64,000 nucleotides of DNA from contig NW_027117340.1 of the NCBI RefSeq assembly GCF_038025025.1, positions 682,001-746,000 on the forward strand. The letters are read 5' to 3'. This DNA comes from Phyllosticta citribraziliensis. Taxonomy: Eukaryota. A program made the position numbers and the translations under genes. This document shows positions 13,214 through 27,339 of the stretch, in pieces. Within the stretch, counting starts at the first letter, position 1. Every line of letters starts with the position of its first letter. Below the pieces are notes generated by a model. It was not told the DNA's origin and did no database searches. It saw only the letters and a list, made by a program, of their open reading frames with translations.

Positions 13214-15210
13214 ATGCGCGATAGAAACCTGTCCCAAGTCCCCGCCCAGGGCGATCCTGCAGACTCGTCCACCGGCACCAACATCCGCCAGAACCGCGCC
13301 CACCAACGTCATGGTTCCGACGTCTATCGCAGAAACAGCCTGAACTTCCAGTCCAACCCCAGCAATTCCGCCTCGCACTCGCACTCCAACTCGACCTACG
13401 GCCACTCGCGCTCCGTCAGCCTCGGCCGCCTCGAAAACTACGACGATCCCGACATGTACACGCCCGTCGAGCACTCCAAGCCGCTGCCCGCGACATGGCT
13501 CAACATGCCCCACAAGGGCCAGCTGGCCGTACTCGCCATGTCGCGCCTCGTCGACTTTTTCCAAATGGCTGCCCTGCAGACCTTCATGGTCCACCAGCTC
13601 AAGAGCTTCGATCCCACATTACCAGACTCGTCCGTCGCCCACCAGGCCGGCGTCCTACAAGGCAGCTTCACCGCTGCCCAGATTGTCACCTCGGTGCTCT
13701 GGGGTCGCGTCGCCGACCAGCCATGGTGCGGAAGGAAGAGGGTCCTGCTCGTCGGCCTGGTTGGTACCTCTGTGTCCTGCATAGGCGTCGGCTTCGCCCA
13801 AACATTCCTGCAAGCCACCGTCTGGAGGATGCTGGGCGGCGCAATCAACGGCACCGTCGGCTCTGCCCGCACAATGGTCGCCGAGACTGTTGAGAAGAGA
13901 TTCCATTCCCGCGCATTCCTGCTGCTTCCTCTTGCTTTCAACGTGGCCAACATTCTTGGTCCAGGTAAGTCCAACCGATTCCCCAGATTCCTTGGCATTT
14001 CCCTGACGCGGATTCCAGTCTTTAGCGGTCTGCTCGTAGAGCCCGTCGCCGCCTATCCCAAGCTCTTCGGTGTCGATGGTGTCTTTGGCGGAGCTACCGG
14101 CGTCCAGTGGATGGAACGCTACCCCTACGCCATGCCCAACGTCCTCTGCGCAATCCTTCTCCTCGCCGAGGCATTATTTGTCCATTTCTTCTTGCGCGAG
14201 ACCCTGGCCAGCATTCGCAACGCCAAGGTCCCATTGCCGGGCCCCTTGGACCAATTGAAATCTTTCATCTCCAGGCTCACCTCTGGACAGCCCGCCCAGT
14301 ATTCCGTCTTGGAGGACCAGTCTGACGGCCTCCTTGCCGGCGTGGATCATGATGCCATGGAAATGTCTCCGATGGGCGCCAAGTCCAGGGCGGCCAAACG
14401 TCCTCAGGTCCTCCCATTCAACCGCATTTGGACCGCCAATGTTCTCTGGGTCCTCTTATCAATCGCCATTTTCGATTTCCACATGGGGTAAGCCTGGCAA
14501 CCTCTTGCGATAGCTTCGCCGCTAACTTGTCCCCTAGCGCCTTTTCCAGCCTGTGGATCGTCTTCTTGTCCACCGACAGGCCCCAGTCGGCAATCGTTGC
14601 TCGTTACGTGAAGCGCTCGAACCCCTTCATCTTCAGCGGCGGTCTTGCTTTCGAGCCTGCGGCCATTGGCTTCGCGCTCGCCGTCCTCGGTGTCGTCGGT
14701 CTTGCGCTCCAGCTCTCGATTTACCCCTGGGCCAACTCGCGCTTCGGCCTCATGCGCTGCTTCAGATACTCGCTCTTCCTCTTCCCCTTGGCCTATTTCT
14801 TGGCGCCCTACCTGGCGCTGCTTCCCTCGCAAACTCCTGCTCCGAGCCCGGCGAGCGGTTTCTGGATTTGGATCGGCATTTCGATGATCTTGACCCTGCA
14901 AGTCTCGGCGCGCACTTTTGCCCTTCCTGCCTCGATCATCCTTCTCAACAACTCAAGCCCACATCCGAGTGTGTTGGCGACCATCCACGGCATTGGCCAA
15001 AGCGTCAGCTCCACCTTCAGGACCGTCGGCCCTATTGCGGCCGGCTACTGGTACGGTGTGGGCTTGGAAAAGGGCATCGTAGGAATGGCCTGGTGGGTAG
15101 TTGCGGCGATCTCAACCATTGGTTGCGTGGCCAGTTTCTGGGTGAGAAACGGAACCGGTCATGAGATCCTTCTGCCCGGCGAAGAGCCGCCGGAGAACAG
15201 CGAGAAATAA
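13214..15210 (+). CDS. Major facilitator superfamily transporter; 3 exons
   Basis: MFS motif A WGRVADQPWCGRKRVLLVG, RMLGGAINGTVGSARTMVAE and multiple TM helices in ORFs 12896..14491 and 14428..15210. Introns ~13965-14018 and ~14488-14537. Likely ATG at 13214. Confidence 0.88.
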
Positions 15211-17452
15211 TTCTCGTCTTTGCTTTCTTCTTCTTCCTCTTCCTCTTCTTCTCTACCCTTCTGATTCATATTATCCGTTTCATTTTTCCTTGAGATTCCT
15301 TGGATGGTCGCGGTTCGTTTGCGGCGAAAATGCGTTGGCTGCGCAACTGCATTGGGACGGCGTTTTGCATCTATACCCGGCGCAGAGATTACTTTGAGAT
15401 ATGGCTCGAGATGTAAGTATACAGGTCGACGCAAAGAAGACGGCAGGGCTGGGAGGTTCGTTTGTTTTCGGCATGCGAGATGGATTTGGGGTTTGGTTGA
15501 ATGCGAGACGGATCGACGTTGGACAGGGAGTCAGTCAGTGCTGTGTAGTCGCGTGTGTATACCGAATCGAAAGTCGAAATCCACAAGAAGCTCCCCAGAC
15601 GTGCAATCGAGACGAGGCGCTCGCCGCTGTAGGGAATTGGGTCGTCTATTTAAGCTCCTTGGCTCAGTGCGACTTGAACGATGTCGCAATCAACGGCTTG
15701 CGCAGGGGCGTTGACGTGACGAGCACGACATGGGATTGGCCTCCAGTCGGTAAGCAGCCACTACCGCAGGCACGAAAATGCAGATGGTCAACGGCGCCGA
15801 CTTGGCACCGCGAGTGACGTTGGTAAGGGAGGTATGTAGGTGGCAGTCCAGTGTGGCTCTCACCTGCATGCATGTCTAGTGTCGTGCTTGAGAGGCGGCG
15901 CCGCGCCGTGAGTGGTTCCGTGGTGGGTGGCTGACGTCTGGTAAATCGTACCATGGGAGAGGAGACGGACGGGAGAGTACCGTATCCAGGTAAGCAGGTA
16001 GCGAACTGACCACACTTTAAACCCGCCCTCTCTGTCTCCCTCTTCTGCCAAAGCAATTAATCATTGGCCCGTTGTCCGCCATACTATACTACTCTTGTAG
16101 CTTCAAGGCCCGGCCGCTCCCGTCCCGCCGCCGCATCGTGTCGCGTCAATTTTACCGCGTCCAACGGCCGGGACGCGAAGGCCGCTTCGACCGGGACGCA
16201 AAGGCTTATATATCGAAGGCCTGAGGACCGAGTTCCGCTGCGCTGGCGCGGTGGTGCGTCTGGTCCCGCCGCTCTAATGTAGGTCGTCGTCGGCCTAGCG
16301 TGTTCGTCTGCTTCTCTGCTTCTTGCGTTGCTCGTTGCGATCGCCGTCTATGGGATTTTTGGGACAGCCAGGGTTTCGCGTGATGGCGCTTTTCGTTCGA
16401 ATGTTGGAAGACGCTTCCGCGCTACTGTGATGGTGGCGGTCGTGGTGAGCAGTTCATCGCGCGCCAGAGAGCTTTCCTTCGCGCCTCGTGTTTCTCGCCT
16501 TCGCACTGGACTCCATCCGGCGCGATTGCTTTTTCTTCCTCCTCATTCTCGTATTCTTGATCAGCGGTGGTGGAGTGGATGACGTCCACCGGGGGGGATG
16601 TCTGCATCAGATTGCGTTAGCGTGCCATGGCATCTCATGGTTGAGAGACACACATCGTTGCCCACGACCAGAATACCACAACCAAAAATCAGTCCATTTC
16701 AGCTCGTAGCGCATTCTGAGAGAATAGACAACAATTGAAAAGACCCCGCAGAAACAAGGCTGCAAAAGACACTTTGTACTTGCTTCTTATCGCATATATG
16801 ATTTAAGCCGTTTTCCTGACATTAACCGTTTGATTGGTTGGGAAAATTAAAAGAGTTGCAATTTACACGCACGCCCAGCCCTTTCCCTCTTCACCCCGCC
16901 ACTGTAGAAGCAGAGGTTGATTTCTAAATGTTGGTCACAGTGTTTGTTCATGTACACGTCGACCTATTTGCCTATTGAGGTCGGAGAAGACGTAGAAATG
17001 CCCGGCCGACGACAAGACTTCGTTGTACGCGAAAGCTTGATTTTCAAAAGAACATCACGAAACAAGCCGATTGAGAGAACAATTGCATTTTTCGAGTACT
17101 GAGTGTACTCCAAAGGTGCCAGAGAACGACTCTTTGTCTGATATTGATCCCCGGCTGCGCCTTTTTGTACCTTTACTACCCGATGAACTCGAAATGACCT
17201 GCTGTACCCGCCCTGGAAAGCACCCATACACCCAAAGCGAAGCTCTTTTCCATCACCGCTCTATGAAGAACATGAAATAAAAGAGACTTGAGACTGAAAC
17301 TCTACGAGCAGAAAGAAAGTGACCATGCTCGCGCGAGAAAATGCTTCTAGGCCACAAGCTTCTCGGAAGAGAGAGAGAGGGAGAGAGAGAAAAGGGGAGG
17401 AAAAGGAATAAGGCCAAGACCAGCAAGTGTGGAGAAAACTAAATGTGAGAGC

Positions 17453-19784
17453 TCATCCAAGACCAGTCTTGGACGTCTTCACGACGTGCATCACCGGCTG
17501 GAGAATGCCCTTGTTGTCGACCGCTCCCAGACCCATGCCAGCACTCCAGCCCATCTTTTCCAGCATGGCGCGGCCCTTGTTTTCAGAACCAATCTCAGGC
17601 GCAGACGCACCCACGACTTCACCGTCACGATACGAAGCAGCTCCGTACTTCCCGCCACCGCCACCGCCACCGCCAGCTCCTCCTCCACCACGGCCTGCCC
17701 TTTTGCCCGCACCACCTTTGTCGCCGCGGGGGAGGAAGCGACGTTGGAACCTGGAGGTGATCTTTGAGAAGGCATAGTCGTTCATTGGTACCGTCCGCGA
17801 AGTCTTGACCAGGGTCGTGAAACGCTTGTTTCCTGATCCGACGGACTTGGAATTCAAGTTCAAAGCAGACCCGATTTGGTGAAGAATCGCGCGCTGATGT
17901 TTGTCCATGGGAGGGAACGGTCGGCTTTGGGCCGAAGAGCCTAGGAACACACGCAGTTCGTCCCTGATTTCCTCGAAGGTCATTCCTGAATCGTACTTGG
18001 CGCTCAAGTCCGGCTTGAATTTGTTCTTCTTGCCCAAGAGGCCTTGAGCACGAAGTTCTTCGCGTTCCTGCTTGCGGTTCCGCTTGCGCTCCCGGTCTTT
18101 CTCCCAAGTGGACTTTAGATTGAGAGCCAGTTCATCGTCGGAGAGCTCGAAAGGCAGGTTGGCCTTTTTGCCCTTTTGTTTCTTCCTGAGGCTGGGACGT
18201 TCCCAGTCCATGACATCGAAGCCGTTGTAAGGGTCTTGGTCGAGAACATCAGCCATGAGGCTTGCAGATGGGAAATGATCTTTGCGCTTTCCCTTGGTGT
18301 CCTTCCTCCTAGACGAACGAAGCATGGCCTCGAGCTGCTCTTCCACATCGTCTCCATCGTCGGCGTCGTCGGCGTCGACGCCATCGAATAGACAGAGGTC
18401 GTCTGCTCCCAAGCCGAGCTCTTCTTGCTTTGCGAGGAGTCTTGCGATATGCTCATCGCTCATCTTCTCAATACGTCTCTCGATGAGGTCCGCTTCATCC
18501 TCGAATTCGGTTTCGTCGTCGTCGTCGTCGTCGTCGTCATCGTCCTCATCCTCGTCCTCATCCTCGTCCTCGTCCTCCTCTTCCTCGCTTGCATCCGACC
18601 AGCTGTCGTCACTGGTCTCGTTTCCTAATTTGATGTTCTTCACATTCTCTTCATAAGCCGTGACCACCAGCTTGTCATCTTCCTCGGTAACGCTGTCCAC
18701 GGATATCCACCGGGCTTCGTCATCTGTCGTCTTTTCAAACACGACCAGGTATTGGATGCCACTCGAACGTTCTCTCTTTCGAAGAACTCGAGCGATTTTT
18801 CCAATCATCTCAGAAGAGGTACTTAGCTGATCAAAGTCTTGCAAGTCAGGTGAGTCCCAGTCGCTCTTGTGGGGGTTCGGCAGAACATTCTCCTGAATGC
18901 CGGCCGACTCTGCAGACGACTCTACGAACCAGTCGCCACCGTCGCCTTCTCCCAATGGCCTGCGATTGATGGATGCGATGACATACTGATCCTCATCGGA
19001 CACATCGTTCTCTTGGGCCCTAATGTTCTCGAGATAGTCGGCGATTGCTTCATCATCCGACGCCACTCTTGAGTTCCATCTCTTGACCGGCTTCTTGGCC
19101 TTTTCTTTGTTTGGTATAGCACCTGAGGATGATTCGTTTGTCGATGCTGCAGGAGTGTTGATGGCCGGAGTGTTACTTTGAACGGGATCCGCGATGGTGC
19201 GGACTTGGTTGCGACCTTTGAAAAGGACAACTTCTTCGCTAGAGTCGGACGGCGTCGGTGAAGGACTACGAATGACTGGAGGCGGCAGGCCAGTTTTAAT
19301 TGTGGTGTTGGAGCCATTTGTGTCCTCGAAAAATAGAGAAACCGGGGGTGCTAGTGCTGGTGCTGAGTCTTCATGCTCCGGGGGCGCTTTTGCCGGTTCG
19401 TTTGCGCCGAGCTTCATTTGAGCCATCGCATTCTCTGAACGCGCAACTGCATCGGAGAGTGAATCATTTTCTTGTACGGTCGTCTTTTCGGGCAAGGAGC
19501 CAGCCAGGTGTCCTCCGCTAACAAAGGTAACAGGCCTGTGGCGAATTGAAGCTTCGGTGGCCCACATGCGATCGCGACCGCGGGTCTCTGTATTGCGAGC
19601 GACATCTCTCATAGAAAATGAGCCGGCTGGAATAGATGTCAGTACGAAAGACACTGAGACTTTAAGTCATAGAGGGCAGACCATTGGCGGCAGTAGAAGG
19701 CGGTACGTATGAATTTCTGAGATTTCCTCTGGAACGGCTGGACCCTCGGGGTGGTCCTCCACCTCTTCGTCCGCGCTTAGCCAT
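17453..19784 (-). CDS. SQS1: SQS1/Pfa1-like R3H and G-patch domain protein; 2 exons
   Basis: C-terminal G-patch ENKGRAMLEKMGWSAGMGLG...GILQPV...KTSKTGLG; R3H FPPMDKHQRAILHQIGSALNLNSKSVGSG; long Asp/Glu tract. N-terminal exon MAKRGRRGGG at 19784. Confidence 0.85.
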
Positions 19785-20359
19785 GTCCAAGGATAGGCGT
19801 GAGCGTGGACTGCTATGCGAAGAATTGGAATGGGCAAAGTCGAGCGGTGCTTGATGGAGTGGAGCAGGGAGATGTTGAAGCGGGCGGCGGGAAGACGAGG
19901 TCGTCATGGCTCAAGCCAGTGCGTATCGATAAGGGCACGCCTGACTCGGCGCACCTTGCACCTTGCAAAAGCATTTGACGAACTGCTCACGCGTCACTGG
20001 CTGTTGACTATTCTCGCCATGGACGCTGGTTCCTTGTTGGGAGATGTTGAAGCGTTGAATCAAAAAAAGAGCTGACTTCTTCCACGTCTTCATCTAAGAT
20101 GGCGAGCCGCATGTTTGTCCACCCCGCGCTGGCCCGTCGAACGGCGAGCCGCAGCCCGGACGACGACGACGACCAGTGTCCGGGGTCAGCTGTCCCCCGG
20201 CACCTCGCCGCCTTGTCCACCTCCACCACCTCCGCTTCCATCGCAGTGACAACCATTCTTCCTGCCACCCTATTGCAGCTTCCACTCCTTCACCTCCTCT
20301 TGCGCCTATCGCCTTTTGGCTGGTATGCCACCCTGTTGAAGAGCCTCACCCACCTCACC

Positions 20360-21830
20360 ATGGCCAACGACCTCGGCCGCTACAGCAAGCGCATCGTCCA
20401 GTACTTCTGGGACCCCATCCCAACAAACGACGACGACGCCCCCATCTGGTGTCTGGGGAGGCGCTACGACTCGAAGCCAAGTGCCTCGCAACCCCCACTC
20501 GAGGAACCCGCGCAAACAGCCCCATCGGCACTTTCGACTTCGCATGGTTCTACGACATCATCACGGTCAGTCGGCGACGATGCCACAAGCCGAAACAGCA
20601 GCGATGAGGGCGTTGTCGTGCAAAGTGCCGACGCTCAGGATGCAGACGCCGCCGGAAGCTGGCCTCCTCAATTCTTGGATGATTTCGAGGCCCGAATCTG
20701 GCTCACGTACCGCTCCAACTTCGACCCCATTCCAAAGTCGCAGGACCCCAAGGCGGCAGCCTCTATGAGCTTTAGCGTGCGTCTGAAGAGCCAGTTGACC
20801 AACCAGTCTGGATTTTCCTCCGATACTGGCTGGGGTTGCATGATTAGATCAGGGCAAAGTCTACTGGCCAACGCTCTACAAGTACTCAAGCTCGGCAGAG
20901 GTATGGGACTCACTCCGTAGATAAAGTCATGTCTGACCATATCACCTAGACTGGCGCCGAGGGCAAGCATTAGAGGATGAACGCCCTCTGCTTTCCTTAT
21001 TTGCAGACGATCCAAAGGCTCCCTTTTCCATCCACAAGTTTGTAGAGCATGGCGCCGCGGCCTGCGGCAAGCATCCCGGAGAATGGTTCGGTCCCTCCGC
21101 AACTGCAAGATGCATACAGTAAGCAGCACCCTTGTTGGGAAACATACCCAGATGTCTAATGATTGCAGAGCCTTGACCGACAACTACGCCGAAGCCGGTC
21201 TTAGAGTTTACATTACCGGCGACGGCTCAGACGTGTACGAAGACAGTCTCATGAGAATAGCAAAGGACAGCAACGGCGTCTTTCAGCCCACGCTAGTCCT
21301 CGTTGGCATCCGACTTGGCATTGATCGTGTAACTCCCGTTTACTGGGAGGCTCTCAAAGCATCATTGCAGCTTTCTCAGTCGATTGGCATAGCCGGGTAT
21401 TTTGCCATTTTGCCAGCTTCTTTTCGGCAGCGATGCGTTACTGACAGATTGCAGTGGTCGACCGTCGGCATCTCATTATTTCGTTGGCACCCAGGACTCG
21501 CACTTCTTTTACTTGGATCCTCACAATACCCGACCTTTTTTGCCCCTGCATTCCGATGTTTCCAAATACACCGCTGAAGACATTGACTCATGCCACACGC
21601 GGCGCCTGCGGCGGCTCCACATCAAGGAGATGGATCCGTCGATGTTGATTGCATTTCTGATTCGAGACGAATCGGACTGGAGCAGCTGGAGAAAGGCCGT
21701 GACTGAGGTGCACGGCAAACCGGTCATTCATGTTGCCGATTCGGAGCCAGTCATCCACGGTGGCCAAGAGCGGGAGGGCGCCATCGACGAAGTAGAAGCA
21801 TTCGATGACGAAGACGGGGGTTTGCAGTGA
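20360..21830 (+). CDS. ATG4: Autophagy cysteine protease Atg4 (peptidase C54); 4 exons
   Basis: [41 protein letters not shown] (catalytic Cys), [17 protein letters not shown] and [11 protein letters not shown]. Confidence 0.95.
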
Positions 21831-22376
21831 GCGAAGACTTTTGCGTTTGGCGTTCTTGGTTTTGAATTTAGTATACCACCGTCGCCGACTCAGAAATGGA
21901 GGGAATCGAAACCCGTGTCCCAAGGTTCGTCGTGCAGCTCGACGTGATTGCGCATGTGGTTTGCTATTCGTGGCTGATACCGCTGGTTGGCGCTGAAATC
22001 TGGCCTCAGCGAATCATCGCCGAAGCGGGTTGAAAACGGCAAGCCGGGTCAGTAGATTCCCAAGAAGCCTGTCAAATCAGTGTCACCCGAATCCACAAAC
22101 ACAAGAAGTGATATGAAGCAGAAGTTGTGAAGTACCGATTCCTTTCGGACTGTTTGTCTCCGAGGAGCGTAATGTACAGCGCGAGTGATATCTGAAATCC
22201 ATGAGTCCGTAAAGCCTGTGTGAATACCGGGCTTGAAAATGAAGCAAGCCATCCCATGATCGCATTAAAAGAAACCGTGAACACCGTCCCCGAAACCAAC
22301 CCGCCCTGAAGAGATCAAATCAGGGATCATCACCGATTTCCATCCATCGAGTAACACCAGATCCGAAGAAAGCCGC

Positions 22377-22976
<600 letters not shown>

Positions 22977-23496
22977 TTTTGCGGATTGGAGTGGTTGATT
23001 GGGTCGGGAGAAGCAGACGATAAGCTGAAAGGCTTGCAAAGGTAGCGGCGAGCGGCGGCAGTGGTATAGCAGTACGGGGTGGTGGGTGGATGGAAGAGAA
23101 ACAGAGGTGACGGCGTCGTCGCGCGGGCGGGCGTGTCTTTAAAGGCGGGCGAGTGATCGGGCGGGCGCAGCGACCCAGTCGCGTCTGCGGCCTGTCGGGC
23201 AGCCGGCGCTATAACGCTATTCCGCTTCAAGCCGCTGACAGGCTGCATCCGGGCCAGTGCGCCCTGCGCAAGTGGTCGCCGTCGCCCGGCCGAGTCGCCC
23301 TCTCGCGCGCCTGTGATTCGTGATTGCGAGCCCATCATATAAGGTCTGTCCGCGCCCGCCAACCCATCGCCGTCCTCTTCCCTCCCACCCGTCTCTCGCA
23401 ACCACCCACGCCCGTCGCCGCTCCATCGCCAGCTATCCGCTCCACTCTTCTTCCACTTCCCCACAAACCCCAATCCCCAACTTCCCAACCGCAAAA
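22977..23496. promoter_or_regulatory. Bidirectional H2B/H2A promoter
   Basis: ~520 bp between divergent histone start codons. TATAA at ~23338 toward H2A and TTTAAA at ~23138 toward H2B. This is the standard fungal arrangement. Confidence 0.65.
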
Positions 23497-24066
23497 ATGA
23501 CTGGTGGCAAGTCCGGCGGCAAGGCCAGCGGCTCCAAGTCCAACGCGCAGTCGTACGTCGCCCGACGCGTCTCCATCCTCGCTCTCCTTCTGACCTGATT
23601 CTTCCAGGCGCTCCTCCAAGGCCGGTCTCGCGTTCCCCGTCGGCCGTGTCCACCGTCTCTTGAGGAAGGGCAACTACGCCCAGCGTGTCGGTGCCGGTAC
23701 GTGTTCCATCTCCCGTCGTCGCTGGTTTCAAATTCTGACTTGGCCTTCAGGCGCTCCCGTCTACCTCGCTGCCGTCCTCGAGTACCTCGCTGCTGAAATC
23801 CTCGAGCTGGCTGGCAACGCTGCCCGTGACAACAAGAAGACCCGTATCATCCCCCGTCACCTTCAGCTTGCCATCCGCAACGATGAGGAGTTGAACAAGC
23901 TTCTCGGCCACGTCACCATCGCCCAGGGTGGTGTTCTGCCCAACATTCACCAGAGTGCGTCCTCTCCGGCCTGTCTTTTCGCCATTTTCCGTACTGACTG
24001 TTTCCAGACCTGCTGCCCAAGAAGACGGCCAAGCCCGGCAAGGGCGGTCCCAGCCAGGAGCTTTAA
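23497..24066 (+). CDS. HTA1: Histone H2A; 4 exons
   Basis: [100 protein letters not shown]..., ending in PSQEL* (fungal SQEL motif). Confidence 0.97.
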
Positions 24067-24778
24067 GCGCTTTCCATCACGTTCTGATCTGCTTTTTCAG
24101 GCGCGGGTACGGTGGTTTCTTATGACTATGGGGTTTCGGCATGGGTTCTGGGTTTCACGGCTACGGCTCTGAGGACTGCAATAGGGCAGTTTGCTGTACA
24201 TTACATCCACGGTTCTGGATGAAATATCACGAGTTAACACTTCACCCAATTTCTCGACCTGCAATCAGTGGCACTCTTTGACGCAAATGACCCCGGATCC
24301 CCACAGCAACACTTTGAAATGGGGACTTGACGACAATCGGTGGAGCCAGCATTTCTCGCTAGCAGTACGTCAGTAAAACCGAGGAAATCGTGCGGCTCAT
24401 TATGAACGATGTGGTTCTAATTTGCGCACTCGACGCGTCGCAAAAGCTGGGGGATTGGATCTGATCTCTGAAATCCGGGGTAGTATCCACTACAAGCAAG
24501 TACTTGGGCGTTGGATGGGTTGGGTGGATTCTACGCAACAGTCGCGACAGGGCCGCCTGTGGTGGTCGGTCGGGCTTGTTGTGCCAAACTCTAGCGCGTC
24601 GCTCTCAACTCTCGGCATTTCTCCTGGGATGATGGAATGATGCCCAAAATGCTGTTGATGGGCTTCCATACGCTCTTGTAATATAACGCTCATTGAAGTG
24701 CCAACAGAAACAATCCCGTGCCTCTCTCGTCTTCGTCGCCAAGTCTATCAACCGACCCTGAACTTGGTCAGGAGCTTC

Positions 24779-25280
24779 TCAAAGTTCCATCTTCGGGGGA
24801 GCTGTTGTCTGATGAGCGCGCGTATCCAGGGCAAAGGGTCGATTGGCTTACGGTCCAGGATTGGAGCAGGGACATTGCGTTCGTATTTTGAGCCTGTGAG
24901 ACGTGAGTACGAGTACTTGGATCCGGTGCAGGCAGCCTCACCGCCAGGCGCCGTGGGTGGGACGTATGGATCCGGGTGCTTCCAGTGCTCGAGAAGGTCC
25001 TCGGTTTCCTTGAGCAAGTCCTACGAACAAATGGTCAGAGAAGCTGCGCAATGACCCAATTGGGAATGTATCACCTTGATCAGTCGAGGGTCCGACACGG
25101 TCTTCTTGTCTTCGAATAGGGAGCGAATGTAGAGGGCCTGTCCTCTCCAGAGGTGCCGATGCACCGCCCAGCTAAGGGACAGCTTCAAGGAGCGGCGGTA
25201 GAGGGAGCTGATGGCGTGTCAGCGGAGATGGCCAAGAGCGCGAGGCGCATTGCGAACCAAACGGCGGATTTGGAGGCCAT
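24779..25280 (-). CDS. NDUFB9: Mitochondrial complex I accessory subunit NDUFB9/B22 (LYR motif); ~5 exons
   Basis: Spliced translation MASKSAVC-SLYRRSLKLSLSWAVHRHLWRGQALYIRSLFE...|DLLKETEDLLEHWKHPDPYVPPTAPGG|SKYERNVPAPILDP|PPKMEL*. LYR motif and HPDPY..PTAPGGSKYERN are diagnostic. Confidence 0.87.
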
Positions 25281-25876
25281 TGTGCTTGTGCGAGACGGGA
25301 GCGGGGGGCGGCCGAATCGCGGAGGTTGGTGGTGGTGATGATGGCGATGGTGGAGGTGCTGATGTTGGGGCTCCAGTGATTGGCGTCCTGTCCTGGCTGT
25401 CCCGCGTGGCCCGCACCTCAGTGCCGGGGTAGCCGCTGGAGTAAGGTACCAGTACGGTACGGTACATGTAGCCGGCCCGACATAAATCCACGCCGCTCGG
25501 ACGGCCTTGTTTCTTGTGGCCGGTGCCGCAGCTCCTGTCATCGGGTAGAACCGGCAATTACATTATTCGCGCTGGAAATCCCTCGGCGCTGACAGGCCCT
25601 TGAGCACAAACGAGCGGGTCTGCTTCCGTCACTGTCTTCTCTTCACGACGCCGCAAGTGTCAACTTGAGCCTCTGCTTCTTCAACTTTCCCCTCCTCTTC
25701 CCCTTCCCCCCTCCCCCTCTCCTCTCCGACATCTCCCATCCCGATCGTTGTGGCTATTGGGGTAGCCTTGGATCCGCTCAACTCGTCGTTTTGCATTCAG
25801 CCTGTCACTGCTGACCCCGCCATTGCCCAAGTTGCTGCGCAGTTTGCCGCGAGAAAAACATCTTCGCCTCTTCACC

Positions 25877-27339
25877 ATGTTCCGCCGCGTCCTCGCTACC
25901 TCGGCCAAGTTTGCCGTCACCTACCCTCGCCGTTCGCATCGTCTGCCGCTGGCCCTTTTCCCCCAGTATCGCACCTATGCCTCGCAGATTGTCAAGGTCC
26001 CCGAAATGGCCGAGTCCATTACCGAGGGTACCCTGAAGCAGTTCAACAAGAAGGTTGGCGACTACGTCGAGGCTGACGAGGAAATCGCGACCATCGAGAC
26101 GGACAAGATCGACGTGTCCGTCAACGCGCCCGAAGCCGGCACCATTGCCGAGCTGCTCGTCAATGAGGAGGACACTGTTACCGTGGGCCAGGATCTGCTC
26201 AAGCTCGAGGCTGGCGGTGCCCCGCCCAAGGAGGAAAAGGCAAAGGAGGAGCCCAAGGAGCCTGCGCCTGCGGATCAGGGCAAGCCCGCGGAGGAGAGCA
26301 AGCAAGAAAAGCCAAAGCCCGCGGAGGAGGCCAAGAAGCCAGAGCCCCCGGCGCAAGAATCCAAGCCCAAGCCAAAGCCTCAGGAATCGAAGCCTACTCC
26401 CCCCAAGGAGGAGTCCAAGACCGAATCGCCCTACGGCTCCCGCGGCGAGCGTCGTGTAAGTTTGGAAACACGGAGCTTCGGGAATGTCCTTCCAGGGCCC
26501 GTTGTGTACTGATCTTTCTTCTGTACAGGTCAAGATGAACCGCATGCGTCTCCGTATCGCCGAGCGCTTGAAGCAGTCGCAAAACACTGCGGCCTCGTTG
26601 ACCACCTTCAATGAAGTCGACATGTCCTCGTTGATGGAGTTCAGGAAGCTCTACAAGGACGAGGTGCTCGACAAGAAGGGCGTCAAGCTCGGCTTCATGA
26701 GCGCGTTCTCCCAGGCTTGCGTTTTGGCCATGAGGGACGTACCCGCGGTCAACGCCTCGATCGAGGGTCCCAATGGCGGAGACACCATTGTGTACCGCGA
26801 CTACGTTGACATCAGCGTTGCTGTGGCGACTGAGAAGGGTCTTGTCACTCCCGTTGTGCGCAACGCGGAGACTAGGGACATGGTCGGTATCGAGAAGGAG
26901 ATTGCAGAGTTGGGCAAGAAGGCACGGGACGGCAAGCTGACTCTCGAGGACATGGCTGGCGGCACTTTCACCATCAGCAACGTACGTTTAAACGATGATT
27001 GATCCCCTCCTCGGGTGTGTTGAGCTGACTTTACTCTAGGGTGGCGTGTTTGGTTCTCTGTATGGCACTCCGATCATCAACCTGCCTCAAACTGGTAAGT
27101 CCCCCATATATCTAGATTCGGAAATCCTGCAAATCTGACGCGATGCACGTGTAGCTGTCCTTGGCCTGCACGCCATCAAGCAGAGGCCCATTGCGGTCAA
27201 TGGAAAGGTGGAAATCCGCCCCATGATGTACCTAGCGCTCACCTATGACCACCGTCTCCTTGACGGTAGGGAGGCTGTCACTTTCTTGGTCAAGATTAAG
27301 GAGTACATCGAGGACCCTCGCCGCATGCTCATCGCTTGA
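25877..27339 (+). CDS. KGD2: Dihydrolipoamide succinyltransferase (E2 of 2-oxoglutarate dehydrogenase), mitochondrial; 4 exons
   Basis: Presequence [11 protein letters not shown]; lipoyl domain [15 protein letters not shown]...IETDKIDV; catalytic [47 protein letters not shown] and [18 protein letters not shown] at 27337-27339. Confidence 0.96.

Noticed and set aside
18510..18590. (GTC)n/(TCC)n trinucleotide run
   Set aside because: Encodes the Asp/Glu tract of the SQS1-like protein; not a separate element.
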